The translations under genes and the position numbers were made by a program. Of a stretch of 64,000 bases of DNA, positions 25,001 through 36,933 are shown in pieces; the first letter of the stretch is position 1, and every line of letters begins with the position of its first letter. The stretch spans positions 1-64,000 of the forward strand of contig NIVC01003429.1 of NCBI GenBank assembly GCA_002269645.1, given 5' to 3'. The notes under the pieces are model-generated. The model was not told where the DNA came from and made no database searches. It saw only the letters and a program-made list of their open reading frames with translations. Origin of the DNA: Macrostomum lignano. Its lineage: Eukaryota.

Positions 25001-27330
25001 TGTCACATGCTGTGACACCCTATCACATGCTGTCACACTCTATCACTTGCTGTCACACTCTATCACATGCTGTCACACTCTATCAAATGCTGTCACACTC
25101 TATCAAATGCTGTCACACTCTATCACATGCTATCACATGCTGTCACATGCTGTGACACCCTATCACATGCTGTCACACTCTATCACATGCTGTGACACCC
25201 TATCACATGCTGTGACACCCTGTCACATGCTGTCACAAATAATCGCATGCTATCACATCCTGGAGTACTCTGTCACACCCTGTTGCACCCTGTCACAAAC
25301 GCCTCAAATCCCAATCACCGGTCCCACAGCCCGCGCCAGCTCCAACCCGGTGACAGGCGAAGGCTGCCGCCACTACGTGGTGTGCACCGGTGAGAAGAAG
25401 CTCTCGGCCAGCCCGCAGACGCCCAGAGAGGCGGGCGGCAACCCGCTGACTGGCAGCAACGTCCGCTGCTTCGACATCAACCAGGAGATGCGGATCAACA
25501 GGCGGGGCAATGAGAGTGAGGCTCGAATTAATACCACTGATAAGCAATGGGTCTCACAATAATCTCACTGATAAGCAATGGGTCTCACAATAATCTAACT
25601 GATAAGCAATGGGTCTCACAATAATCTCACTGATAAGCAATGGGTCTCACAATAATCTCACTGATAAGCAATGGGTCTCACAATAATCTAACTGATAGGC
25701 AATGGGTCTCACAATAATCTCACTGATAAGCAATGGGTCTCACAATAATCTCACTGATAAGCAATGGGTCTCACAATAATCTCACTGATAAGCAATGGGT
25801 CTCACAATAATCTCACTGATAAGCAATGGGTCTCACAATAATCTCACTGATAAGCAATGGGTCTCACAATAATCTCACTGATAAGCAATGGGTCTCACAA
25901 TAATCTCACTGATAAGCAATTGGTCTCACAATAATCTCACTGATAAGCAATGGGTCTCACAATAATCTCACTGATAATCCCCAAAAACCCGCAGGCGCCA
26001 GGCCCGCAGAGAACGGCCACCACCAGACCAACGGAGTGGCCTGCGATGCGGCCGTCATGTCCGGTGAGAAATCGAGATGGGAGGCTGGAAGATGAAGGGA
26101 GGATCGTGCGGTGGAAAGGATGGTGTGAGAGGGAGTTGTTTGAGCGGGGAGAGTGGTGTGAGAGGGGAGAGTGGTGTGAATGGGGAGAGTGGTGTGAGAG
26201 GGGAGAGTGGTGTGAGAGGGGAGAGTGGTGTGAGAGAGGAGAGTGGTGTGAGGGAGAGTGGTGTGAGGGAGAGTGGTGTGAGAGAGGAGAGTGGTGTGAG
26301 GGAGAGTGGTGTGAGGGAGAGTGGTGTGAGAGGGGAGAGTGGTGTGAGGGAGAGCGGTGTGAGAGGGGAGAGTGGTGTGAGGGAGAGTGGTGTGAGAGGG
26401 GAGAGTGGTGTGAGGGAGAGCGGTGTGAGAGGGGAGAGTGGTGTGAGGGAGAGTGGTGTGAGGGAGAGTGGTGTGAGGGAGAGTGGTGTGAGAGGGAAGA
26501 GTGGTGTGAGAGGGGAGAGTGGTGTGAGAGGGAGTGGTGTGAGAGGGGAGAGTGGTGGGAGAAGGGAGAGTGGTGTGAGAGGGAGTTGTTTGAACGGGGA
26601 GAGTGGTGTGAGAGGGGAGAGTGGTGTGAGGGAGAGCGGTGTGAGAGGGAGTTGTTTGAACGGGGAGAGTGGTGTGAGGGAGAGTGGTGTGAGAGGGGAG
26701 AGTGGTGTGAGAGGGGAGAATGGTGTGAGAGGGAGTGGTGTGAGAGGGGAGAGTTATGTGAGGGAGAGTGGTGTGAGAGGGAGTGGTGTGAGGGAGAGTG
26801 GTGTGAGAGGGGAGAGTGGTGTGAGGGAGAGTGGTGTGAGAGGGGAGAGTGGTGTGAGAGGGGAGAGTGGTGTGAGAGGAGAGTGGTGTGAGAGGGAGAG
26901 TGGTGTGAGGGAGAGTGGTGTGAGAGGGGAGAGTGGTGTGAGGGGAGAGTGGTGTGAGAGGGGAGAGTGGTGTGAATGGGGAGAGTAGTGTGAGAGGGGA
27001 GAGTAGTGTGAATGGGGAGAGTGGTGTGAGAGGGGAGAGTGGTGTGAATGGGAAGAGTGGTGTGAGAGGGGAGAGTGGTGTGAATGGGAAGAGTGGTGTG
27101 AGAGGGGAGAGTGGTGTGAATGGGAAGAGTGGTGTGAGAGGGAGTGCTGTGAGAGGGAGAGTAGTGTGAGGGAGGGTGGTGTGAGAGGGAGAGTAGTGTG
27201 AGGGAGGTTGGTGTGAGAGGGAGAGTAGTGTGAGAGGGGAGAGTGGTGTCAGGGGAGAGTGCTATGAGAAGTGTCTATGGCCAATCTTCGCCCCTCTGCA
27301 GCCAGAAGCAACCCGATCACCGGGATGTGA
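13050..27330 (+). CDS. 14-exon gene encoding a 466-aa protein built of [N/D]P[I/L/V]xG (NPxTG) repeats; function unknown
   Basis: Hand-built exons: 13050-13101, 14168-14269, 14360-14464, 17047-17136, 17978-18070, 19906-20010, 20511-20606, 20737-20835, 21457-21636, 23667-23765, 24673-24768, 25330-25515, 25995-26063, 27302-27330. Total 1401 nt, no internal stop. Start is in a gccgccATG Kozak context. All introns are GT-AG and phase 1, and every internal exon is a multiple of 3 with GC3-rich codons. The protein ends ARSNPITGM*. Confidence 0.88.
13176..13752. repeat. 15-nt minisatellite, ~38 copies (intron 1 of NPxTG gene)
   Basis: Unit gatagatgtggg(g/a)ta. Confidence 0.96.
13775..14147. repeat. 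12-nt minisatellite, ~31 copies (intron 1)
   Basis: Unit gcagttcaggca. Confidence 0.97.
14508..17026. repeat. 20-nt minisatellite, ~125 copies with higher-order blocks (intron 3)
   Basis: Unit gagagtcat(g/a)cagagccggt. Confidence 0.97.
17390..17929. repeat. 11-nt minisatellite, ~48 copies (intron 4)
   Basis: Unit gggagaatgca. Confidence 0.97.
18735..19843. repeat. 49-nt minisatellite, ~22 copies (intron 5)
   Basis: Unit cccagtgtaacgcctcccccacagtagctcccaccccagccataaacac. Confidence 0.97.
20987..21425. repeat. 27-nt minisatellite, ~16 copies (intron 8)
   Basis: Unit ctaatctcattacctgtcttctcatgc. Confidence 0.96.
21645..23556. repeat. 20-nt minisatellite, ~95 copies with higher-order blocks (intron 9)
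   Basis: Unit gatctga(g/a)cat(c/t)aaaatggg. Confidence 0.97.
24125..24350. repeat. 17-nt AT-rich minisatellite, ~13 degenerate copies (intron 10)
   Basis: Unit ttctaagaaaccgtcat. Confidence 0.9.
24890..25240. repeat. ~20-nt minisatellite built on 10-nt halves (intron 11)
   Basis: Unit tgtcacactctatcacatgc. Confidence 0.92.
25535..25977. repeat. 31-nt minisatellite, ~14 copies (intron 12)
   Basis: Unit cactgataagcaatgggtctcacaataatct. Confidence 0.97.
26120..27265. repeat. 15/18-nt purine-rich minisatellite (intron 13)
   Basis: Units gagagtggtgtgagg and gagagtggtgtgagaggg interspersed. Confidence 0.95.
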
Positions 27331-28369
27331 GCGACAGACCACCGCTACAAGCTGCTCCTGAAAAATTCCCTGGCCCTGAGCCTTGGAGACGTGCGGTTGC
27401 TACTGCTGCATCAAGTCCTTGCTGAACCCTGAGCCACTGAACCAGACCTGAATTCCCCCAGCCCTCCTTCCTCTCTTTCTGATCCTCTCTCCGTTTGGTC
27501 ATATTTTATTGTCATTAATGAACTCCGTGTCTGTTTTCCCTTTTGTTTACACGCGTTCTGCACTCGGTCTCCCTGCTGTGCACTTTAGTGTAAAAGTACA
27601 TATCAACCGATACTAAAAGTACAGCCCACTAAAGGTGCTTTACTGCCAGCCAATCAAATCAGCTGCTCCCGTATTTCCTATTCGGTGACTTGCTTCAGTT
27701 TTGTTGTACTTTTATCCAGCCGCCGCACTTTTACTTGTTGAACCGCCCCCAGCAGTGCTTTGCTTTCTCTTGCTTTTTGTTTGCTTTTTGGAAGGAATTT
27801 TTCCTTGCCTTGCTGCCTCTCCGTTCCTCGGTTTGGTTGAAGACAAAACTTTTTCGCTCATTGATTTTCGTAAAGTTTTTATTGCGGTGGATAATTAGGG
27901 ATTTGAAGTGAGAAAGCTGCTCACCTGCCGCTGTTAACCAAGGATTTCCCTGCAACTATTTACTCTTGATTTTAACATTTTAAAATTTTAACATCAAATT
28001 TAATGAAATTTACATTGCTTTTTTCTCCAACCTACTTTATATAGTACTCGCAGTAGTAAATTAAATATTATAGAATGCAATTTTTTGGCGCTGTTTTAAA
28101 TTTAACTAATAGTGAATTCTATTTAGACCTTCTGCTGTGCCAGCATGTTTATTAATATCCAATAACCCTGCTTTCAGTCCCAATAAAAATAAACACAGAG
28201 AAACGCTTCTATCAGCTGTAATAACTTCTGGCCCGCGTGTCTCAGTCTTTGTTAGCATAGAAATATTGCGGCAAAGTCTGATGCTGAGGGGCATCTCAAT
28301 GGGATTGGAGAGACATTTACTAACAGATATTTGAGAGAAATTTGATTGAAATTCGAGAGACTCCCCTGT

Positions 28370-28640
28370 CTCAGCCTCTCACACCCTGTCACATCCTGTC
28401 ACACCCTGTCTCAGCCTGTCACAACCGTCTTAGCCTGTCACAACCTGTTTCAGCCTCTCACAACCTGTTTCAGCCTGTCACAACCTGTTTCAGCCTCTCA
28501 CAACCTGTTTCAGCCTCTCACAACCTGTTTCAGCCTCTCACAACCTGTTTTAGCCTGTCACACCCTGTCACATCCTGTCCCACCCAGTCTCAGCCTGTCA
28601 CCCTGGCTCAGCCTCTCACACTGTCACACCCTGTCACACT
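28370..28640. repeat. 20-nt minisatellite, degenerate flanks
   Basis: Unit cagcct(c/g)tcacaacctgttt. Confidence 0.9.
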
Positions 28641-28959
28641 ACAAACAGAAGGCATCAGCTACAGTTGGCAAGAGATGCTGGGCAGCCGAGTCAGAAGCCG
28701 CTCCACCTGCCAGCCACTGCCAACGCAAGTTTCTCACCGAGCCGTTCGGCAACCAGAAGTACCGAAATCTCTTGTTTTACTGCACTGTGCATTGGCTTCA
28801 GAATAACAAATTTATTTGTAACAAACGGCTGTCACTCAACAGGGTTCTGTGAACCGTTTTTTAATTAATACTTTTCTGTGAATGCTGATTGAGACTGCTC
28901 TGCGCCCTCACACATGTCTCTCCTCACCTCTTGCTGTTTCTCCTCCCTTCATCTCCCCA

Positions 28960-29635
28960 TTCATCTCAATCTCTCTCCCTCTCTCCCTCCCTTTCTCCCT
29001 CCTCTTCCTCTATCTCTTCCGCGCTCTCTCCCTCTCTCCCTCTCTCCCTCTCTCCCTCTCTCCCTCTCTCCCTGCATCTCTCCCTCTCTCCTTCTCTCCC
29101 TGCATCTCCCCCTGTATCTCTCCCTCTATCTCTCCCTGCATCTCTTCCTCCATCTCTCCCTCCATCTCTCCCTCCATCTCTCCCTCCATCTCTCCCTGCA
29201 TCTCTCCCTCCATCTCTCCATCCATCTCTCCCTGCATCTCTCCCTCCATCTCTCCCTGCATCTCTCTCTCCATCTCTCCCTCCATCTCTCCCTCCATCTC
29301 TCCCTGCATCTCTCCCTCCATCTCTCCCTCTATCTCTCCCTGCATCTCTTCCTCCATCTCTCCCTCCATCTCTCCCTCCATCTCTCCCTCCATCTCTCCC
29401 TCCATCTCTCCCTCCATCTCTCCATCCATCTCTCCCTGCATCTCTCCCTCCATCTCTCCCTGCATCTCTCTCTCCATCTCTCCCTCCATCTCTCCCTCCA
29501 TCTCTCCCTGCATCTCTCCCTGTATCTCTCCCTCCATCTCTCCCTCCATCTCTCCCTCCATCTCTCCCTCCATCTCTCCCTCCATCTCTCCCTCCATCTT
29601 TCCCTCCATCTCTCCCACCATCTCTCCATCTCCCC
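28960..29635. repeat. 12-nt pyrimidine-rich minisatellite, ~50 copies
   Basis: Unit ctccctccatct / ctccctgcatct. Confidence 0.96.
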
Positions 29636-30136
29636 ATCTCTACTTCTCTCCTTCCGAGAAGTATGAGATTAAGGGGGTTGGAAAATGAGGCAGTTCCAGC
29701 CTCGAGCAGCTCACAGGAAGCTGGGAAACTCACAGTTTGCATTTTTGCAACGCAGAATTTTTCGCACACTTTGAACTTCACGTTGGCAACTGCATTGAAG
29801 CTGTTTATTATTTTTACAAGATTATAATTTCATTTGAAACGGGACACTCAGCTCTAGCGATGTCAGATGGCTACAGCAGCCTAAAAACCTGAGAGGGGGA
29901 CCGGCAGGCACCCCAGTTGAAAAAACTGACTGCAAAAGTTGCTACAATTTGCAGAGAGAATTTCACTTCGAAAAATTGTTTGCAAGTTTGCGTTTCTGGA
30001 TTCCACAGGTTTCTCAGGCGCGCCTCGCGTTATTAATCTTAAAGTTGCTCCGATTTCAACACCAAAACATCGGGCTTAAGCTGGAAAATGCTGCGCGGGT
30101 CAGTACAGCTTTGGTTTTTCCCAAGCAGCAGCAGCA

Positions 30137-30672
30137 GATAGCGGCACTCAGGCCCCTGCACTCAGCCACTGATAGCGGCACTCAGACCCCTGCACTCAGC
30201 CACTGATAGCGGCACTCAGACCCCTGCACTCAGCCACTGATAGCGGCACTCAGGCCCCTGCACTCAGCCACTGATAGCGGCACTCAGACCCCTGCACTCA
30301 GCCCCTGATAGCGGCACTCAGACCCCTGCACTCAGCCACTGATAGCGGCACTCAGACCCCTGCACTCAGCCACTGATAGCGGCACTCAGACCCCTGCACT
30401 CAGCCCCTGATAGCGGCACTCAGACCCCCTGCACTCAGCCACTGATAGCGGCACTCAGGCCCCTGCACTCAGCCACTGATAGCGGCACTCAGACCCCTGC
30501 ACTCAGCCACTGATAGCGGCACTCAGACCCCCTGCACTCAGCCACTGATAGCGGCACTCAGACCCCTGCACTCAGCCACTGATAGCGGCACTCAGACCCC
30601 TGCACTCAGCCACTGATAGCGGCACTCAGACCCCTGCAATCAGCCACTGATAGCGGCACTCAGACCCCTGCA
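30137..30672. repeat. 34-nt minisatellite, ~16 copies
   Basis: Unit gatagcggcactcagacccctgcactcagccact. Confidence 0.97.
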
Positions 30673-31530
30673 ATCTCACACTAGATTTTCACACTACCAA
30701 GGCACTACAATGGTTTGAGCACTGCAGCTCTGGCTACTCACCAGTAGGCAGTCAGCAAGCAGTCGCGAGTTTCAGCACCCGGGTCAGTCCGGGCCCCTAA
30801 AGGGATGGGAGGTGTGACTTACCCCAGTTTGGGAAAACTCAATAACACGGCAATCTCAGTCAGCAGCCCGCAGCTCTGCCCAGCGGCTGAGTCAAGTTGC
30901 TCAACAAACTCTGAGAAGGGCCGAGAGAGGCGCCCAGGCCTGGATTGCATAATTTCATCACCGCAATTATTCGCTGTAATTAAATTTTCAATGCAATTAA
31001 TCCTGGCCGGAGTGGCCGGTTATGCTCGGACACGGCTGCTGCTGCTGGGGGGGGGATGCCCGCAGGGGGGGAGGAGTCGGTGGCAGGTTGCGGGGCGTAC
31101 AGCGAGTGAGAAAAATAATTGCTTTGTAATGCTATTAGCGGCCATGGCCGCCGCGACAAAAAAAGGGGCGGGAGACTTCGAAGTTGGGGGGGGGGGGCTC
31201 TATCCCTTCCTTCTCCTGCCCGAGTAGGCGCTTAAAAAATTTTAATCCAACCCACCTGGACAGTCGGCAGGGCTTCAATCGAGGCTGCTTAGCCCCCCCC
31301 CCCCCGAATGCAAATGAGTCACCTTGCCGCTCCGGGCTCGGGACTTGAAATTCAGTTAGACTCGAGACTTCGAACTCGGTGGAGAACAAAAAATTGATAG
31401 AATTTTCATGGCTCAACTGATTGGAGGGGGGGGCGCTAACCAGCCTCCAGCCCTTCATCAAATCCTGCTCATGCCTCACTCATCTCGGCCATTCGGCTCT
31501 AAGAATTATTCTACAGCATTCGAGTTCGAT

Positions 31531-31865
31531 CTGCATCTGCTCATCTGCTCATCTGCTCATCTGCTCATCTGCTCATCTACTCATCTGCTCATCTACTCAT
31601 CTGCTCATCTGCTCATCTGCTCATCTGATCATCTGCTCATCTGCTCATCTGCTCATCTGCTCATCTGCTCATCTGCTCATCTGCTCATCTGCTCATCTGC
31701 TTATCTGCTCATCTGTTCATCTGCTCATCTACTCATCTGCTCATCTGCTCATCTACTCATCTGCTCATCTGCTCATCTACTCATCTGCTCATCTACTCAT
31801 CTGCTCATTTGCTCATCTGCTCATCTACTCATCTACTCATCTACTCATCTGCTTATCTGCTCATT
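31531..31865. repeat. 8-nt tandem repeat, ~41 copies
   Basis: Unit ctgctcat (variant ctactcat). Confidence 0.96.
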
Positions 31866-33460
31866 TATTCCTCTGCTCATAAACTCACCTACTAACCTAA
31901 CAGTTAATAAATCGAAAAGTCCACCCAACTAGCAACTCAAGCGGTTCCCGCTTATTTCAGCAGTTTTCTGAGGCCCCGAGGCGCCAGTCTGATTGATAAT
32001 TCATTCGCAAAGCCAGCGGGAGAGAAATGGAAAACTGGAAAAGCAATAAGAAAATTCACACACAGCCAAATTCACTTCAATGTTTAACAAGAGGCAGCAT
32101 TTATCAACTAAAAAAATGGTAAAAACTGGACGAAGCGTCCGCAGCCCCGAGCGGGCCGGTCGCCCTGCTTCTCAAGTCGATATCTGGGAATGATGAAGGG
32201 GAGGGGTATCGCCAGCATCCCAACAGGCTGCGGGGGGATGCTGTGCCTGGCGACATGAAAAACTGTCAGCTGACTAAAATATTCAGACTTAGAAAGAAAA
32301 GCTTCACCAACTGGGGAGGCTGGGGAGGCCAAAAAGATGGATGAAGGATTCTGAGTAAAGAAAACTTGGGCTGCAATTTTTTACACAAACAGAATTTGCC
32401 CCAGAGTGAGGCAGAGTAAGGAAAACAGCATCTGGTGAAATTTTTGTGTGTGAGTCGCTTTGTGAGCAGTTCTCTTTCTGGAGCTCTTTTTCTCCCTTCT
32501 TGTGACTCTGAATGCGCAGCAGCTCGGCCTCATCCGCGCCACCTTCTGCGCTGCTCGAGCTGCTCCGAGCTGACAGAGACGCCCCGGACTCGTCCGCGAG
32601 CTGCCGCAGCCCCCCCCCCCCAGGCGGTCAGCGCGGCCAAGGCGAAGTCGGTGCTGAGCCCCCCTCGACTCCCGAGCTCATTCCCGGGCAATTGGCTGCC
32701 CCCAAGCAACGTGCAACTCAGAGCTGTGCTCAGAAGCAAATTACTGCTTATCATCCCCTCCCCGCAACTGATGAGGCGGAGAAGACAAAAGAGGCTGCGC
32801 CCGCGGCGCTGCGAGTAGCCTAAATGAGATTTTCAGCTCCGCGCGCCCAGGCCGCGGCGCCATTTTTAACAAATCAATTTGCAGTTTGTTTGACAACCCG
32901 CCCCCCCCCGCTGGGTGAAACTGAAAAAGCTATTTTTTTATCAGCCGCCGCCTGCGCCTCGGCCGCCTGCTTCAAACTTGATTTGATCAGCCCGCCGCCG
33001 GCCGAATCTTCGAACTTCGATTCCGTCAAGTGAAAAACCGAACTGAAAGAAGAAGTAGGAAAAACTCTTCTTCTGGGGGGAGTGAAATTGATTTTCTGTT
33101 TGACTGCCGCCACCTCCCCGGCCGACCCATCAGCCCGGCATCTCCGGCCCGCCCCCCCTTCCCAACCGGCAATGTAAATTTGTGTTTGCTCAAGCAGAGC
33201 TCTGATGAAAAATGGTAATTCTTTGGCCCGAGTTTCGGCTGCGGGAGCAGCCAACTCGCTTCAATGAACTCGGCCGGCCGGCCGGGGAGGTGTTTATTCG
33301 ACGTAAAAATTCTGTTGAACAAACTTAGCGGCCTCTTCCAGTAATTTTGTTGAATCGGCTCCGCCCTTGATTTACGCCGGGCCTGCCCGATCCCCTCGCG
33401 AGGCAATTCTGCGAATTCCCGCCCGGGCTCCCCGCTGCTTCGGTTCAGAGTGAGCTGAGC

Positions 33461-33730
33461 CATCTGCCATGGATATCTGCCTGTCTATCTGCCATGGATG
33501 TCTGCCTGTCTATCTGCCATGGATGTCTGCCTGTCTATCTGCCATGGATGTCTGCCTGTCTATCTGCCATGGATGTCTGCCTGTCTATCTGCCATGGATA
33601 TCTGCCTGTCTATCTGCCATGGATATCTGCCTGTCTATCTGCCATGGATATCTGCTTGTCTATCTGCCATGGATATCTGCCTGTCTATCTGCCATGGATA
33701 TCTGCCTGTCTATCTGCCATGGATGTCTGC
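33461..33730. repeat. 25-nt minisatellite, ~11 copies
   Basis: Unit ctgccatggat(a/g)tctgcctgtctat. Confidence 0.96.
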
Positions 33731-33736
33731 CTGCCT

Positions 33737-34066
<330 letters not shown>

Positions 34067-34914
34067 ATTTCTGTCTAAACTCACATATTCACAGGAATGT
34101 TTTGCCCAATGCCAGTCTCAAACTCCATATTGTGGTGAAAAGTCTCCCAGCTGAAACTGATCGCTGCGACCCAGGCTCACTTTGGAGTAGAAATTGAGAT
34201 CGAATCCCAAGCAGTTGAGCAGTCCGCAAGGAAACACGCAAATCCCATTGAAATTGTCCCAGGATTCCAAGCGCATTTTCACTCCCAGCCTCGCAGCTCC
34301 CCAGCCCCAAACAAATTCTGAGAAGCTTTGCAACCCAAAAATTTTGGTCTTCGACTTGAGCCCGGAATTTCGTGCGATGCAGCTGGAGGCGCGGAGGCTG
34401 GGAAGGGGAACTGCCTCATCTCTCTGGTGATTTAGTGGTGTTTAGAGTCGCAAGTTCGGTCCCTCGCACGCTCGTATTTCACGGGCCGGGGGCTCCTTAG
34501 TATTCATGGAAAACTCGGCGTCGCGCCTCATCGAGCATTAAAAATGTGTCACTTGATAATCCTGAAATTCCTCAACTTATTGCAAAAATCGATGCATCAT
34601 TTTTCCCTTGATTTTCCAAGGATTATCCCCGACTGAAACGAGCGCAGCCCGGCCGGGCTCTGTCGTGTTCAACCGGACTGGCGCCGTCAAATTTATGAAA
34701 AATATGCAAATTCGTCCGGACAACCGCGGCCGCCCCATCAATCCGAGTCCAGCTGCCGCTGCTGGCCGGCCATGCGAGAGATGAACACGAGGGGGGCGGG
34801 TCTGAGGGGCCTCCTGGCTGGGGCCTCTGAGCGGCCTCAGCGAGCCTAGGTTCGACCCCGGGGTTGGCCACCTTACTAGGGGGGGTCCTGCCGTGCGGTT
34901 CAGGCTCGTGCGGG

Positions 34915-35462
34915 CTCAGGGGTCAGGGGGATGAGCCTGACAGCTCAGGGGTCAGGGGGATGGGCCTGACAGCTCAGGGGTCAGGGGGATGGGCCTGACA
35001 GCTCAGGGGTCAGGGGGATGGGCCTGACAGCTCAGGGGTCAGGGGGATGGGCCTGACAGCTCAGGGGTCAGGGGGATAGGCCTGAAAGCTCAGGGGTCAG
35101 GGGGATGGGCCTGACAGCTCAGGGGTCAGGGGGATGGGCCTGACAGCTCAGGGGTCAGGGGGATGGGCCTGACAGCTTAGGGGTCAGGGGGATGGGCCTG
35201 AAAGCTCAGGGGTCAGGGGGATGGGCCTGACAGCTTAGGGGTCAGGGGGATGGGCCTGACAGCTCAGGGGTCAGGGGGATGGGCCTGACAGCTCAGGGGT
35301 CAGGGGGATGGGCCTGACAGCTCAGGGGTCAGGGGGATGGGCCTGAAAGCTCAGGGGTCAGGGGGATGGGCCTGACAGCTTAGGGGTCAGGGGATGGGCC
35401 TGACAGCTCAGGAGTCAGGGGGATGGGCCTGACAGCTCAGGGGTCAGGGGGACGGGCCTGAC
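34915..35462. repeat. 29-nt minisatellite, ~19 copies
   Basis: Unit gggcctgacagctcaggggtcagggggat. Confidence 0.97.
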
Positions 35463-36296
35463 GGCTCTCTAAACTGGAGCTTCAAGATTGGCCCTACAAA
35501 GGTCCCGGGTTCGAGTCCGAGGAGCATCGGTTCGAGCGCGACCGATAACAAAGCGGAGTCCCATGTGCACCCTGGCAGAGCTGCCGGGACCATGGAGCTT
35601 CGTCAGCTTCCAGAAGACGGCAGACAGAGCAGAGCCAGTCGGAGTCCGAACAAGATAATAATTTTTCAGTCCCCAACGGCTGGCTAAAAAAATTCTTTCA
35701 AGAAACAATTTTCCGTCTCAGTTTCGCAGAAAATCAATGAAACTTCGAAGCCGCGCCGCCCGAACAGCTGATTAAAGCCGGCTCGCTCGGGATTTGCTTG
35801 AGGAGGCAGATTTTAATCTGACAAGCAGGCGGGCAAAAGAGGATTAGAGAGGCCAAACTTGCCAATGCCGGGGAGATTCTCCCCCAGTTCTCCCCCAGCC
35901 CCAGATCTCCCACTCAGCCTCTCGCGCGCTCCATCGGCCCCGCAGACTCCGGGATAATTTCACCTCATTCGACCAAAAACGGGTCGATAAAACTACATTT
36001 GGCTGGGCCGTCTGAATTTCACATATATATTTATTAATCCCCTGCCCCGTGCGTGCGCCAAAATTTCAGCGCGGATAATCGGGGGGGGGGTCGTGGGAGT
36101 CTCCGAGAGGGCAAGAATTTTAAAGATATTATTTATGCATAAGCATAGTGCTGTAGCAGCGCGAGCCCCCGGCTCTATAATGGAATGAGCAGCCAGCCTT
36201 GAAATTGACCCGGTTTCAATACGGGGGTGCGGTTGGAGACAAGACAAATGGAGACTGCGCATGCGGTGGGGGGAGGGACTGTCTGACAGTTAGCTA

Positions 36297-36655
36297 GAGT
36301 GACAGGCATTCGGAGTGACAGGCATTCGGAGTGACAGGCATTCGGAGTGGCAGGCATTCGGAGTGGCAGGCATTCGGAGTGACAGGCATTCGGAGTGACA
36401 GGCATTCGGAGTGACAGGCATTCGGAGTGGCAGGCATTCGGAGTGACAGGCATTCGGAGTGGCAGGCATTCGGAGTGACAGGCATTCGGAGTGGCAGGCA
36501 TTCGGAGTGGCAGGCATTCGGAGTGACAAGCATTCGGAGTGACAGGCATTCGGAGTGGCAGGCATTCGGAGTGGCAGGCATTCGGAGTGGCAGGCATTCG
36601 GAGTGGCAGGCATTCGGAGTGGCAGGCATTCGGAGTGGCAGGCATTCGGAGTGAC
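36297..36655. repeat. 16-nt minisatellite, ~22 copies
   Basis: Unit ggcattcggagtg(a/g)ca. Confidence 0.97.
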
Positions 36656-36687
36656 ATACAGCAAGCCGGGTTCGAGGGACAGCTATG

Positions 36688-36933
36688 TGGGTGTGACAGA
36701 CATCAAAACAGGTGTGACAGAGCCCAAAGCAGGTGTGACAGACAGCAAAGCAGGTGTGACAGACAGCAAAGCAGGTGTGACAAACCCCAAAGCGGGTGTG
36801 ACAGACAGCAAAGCAGGTGTGACAAACCCCAAAGCGGGTGTGACAGACCCCAAAGCGGGTGTGACAGACCCCAAAGCGGGTGTGACAGACCCCAAAGCGG
36901 GTGTGACAGACCCCAAAGCGGGTGTGACAGACA
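36688..36933. repeat. 21-nt minisatellite, ~12 copies
   Basis: Unit gcgggtgtgacagaccccaaa. Confidence 0.95.

Noticed and set aside
32512-32823. GC-rich 103-aa ORF with an upstream pyrimidine tract
   Set aside because: No domain, no matching donor/acceptor partner found, overlapping ORFs in other frames; unsupported without transcripts.
34800-34872. tRNA-like B-box GGTTCGACCCC
   Set aside because: No cloverleaf, acceptor stem or A-box could be built; at most a SINE remnant.
35470-35530. tRNA-like B-box GGTTCGAGTCC with a possible anticodon hairpin
   Set aside because: T-stem is mismatched, with no D-arm or acceptor stem; tRNAscan-SE would be needed and is expected to be negative or pseudo.
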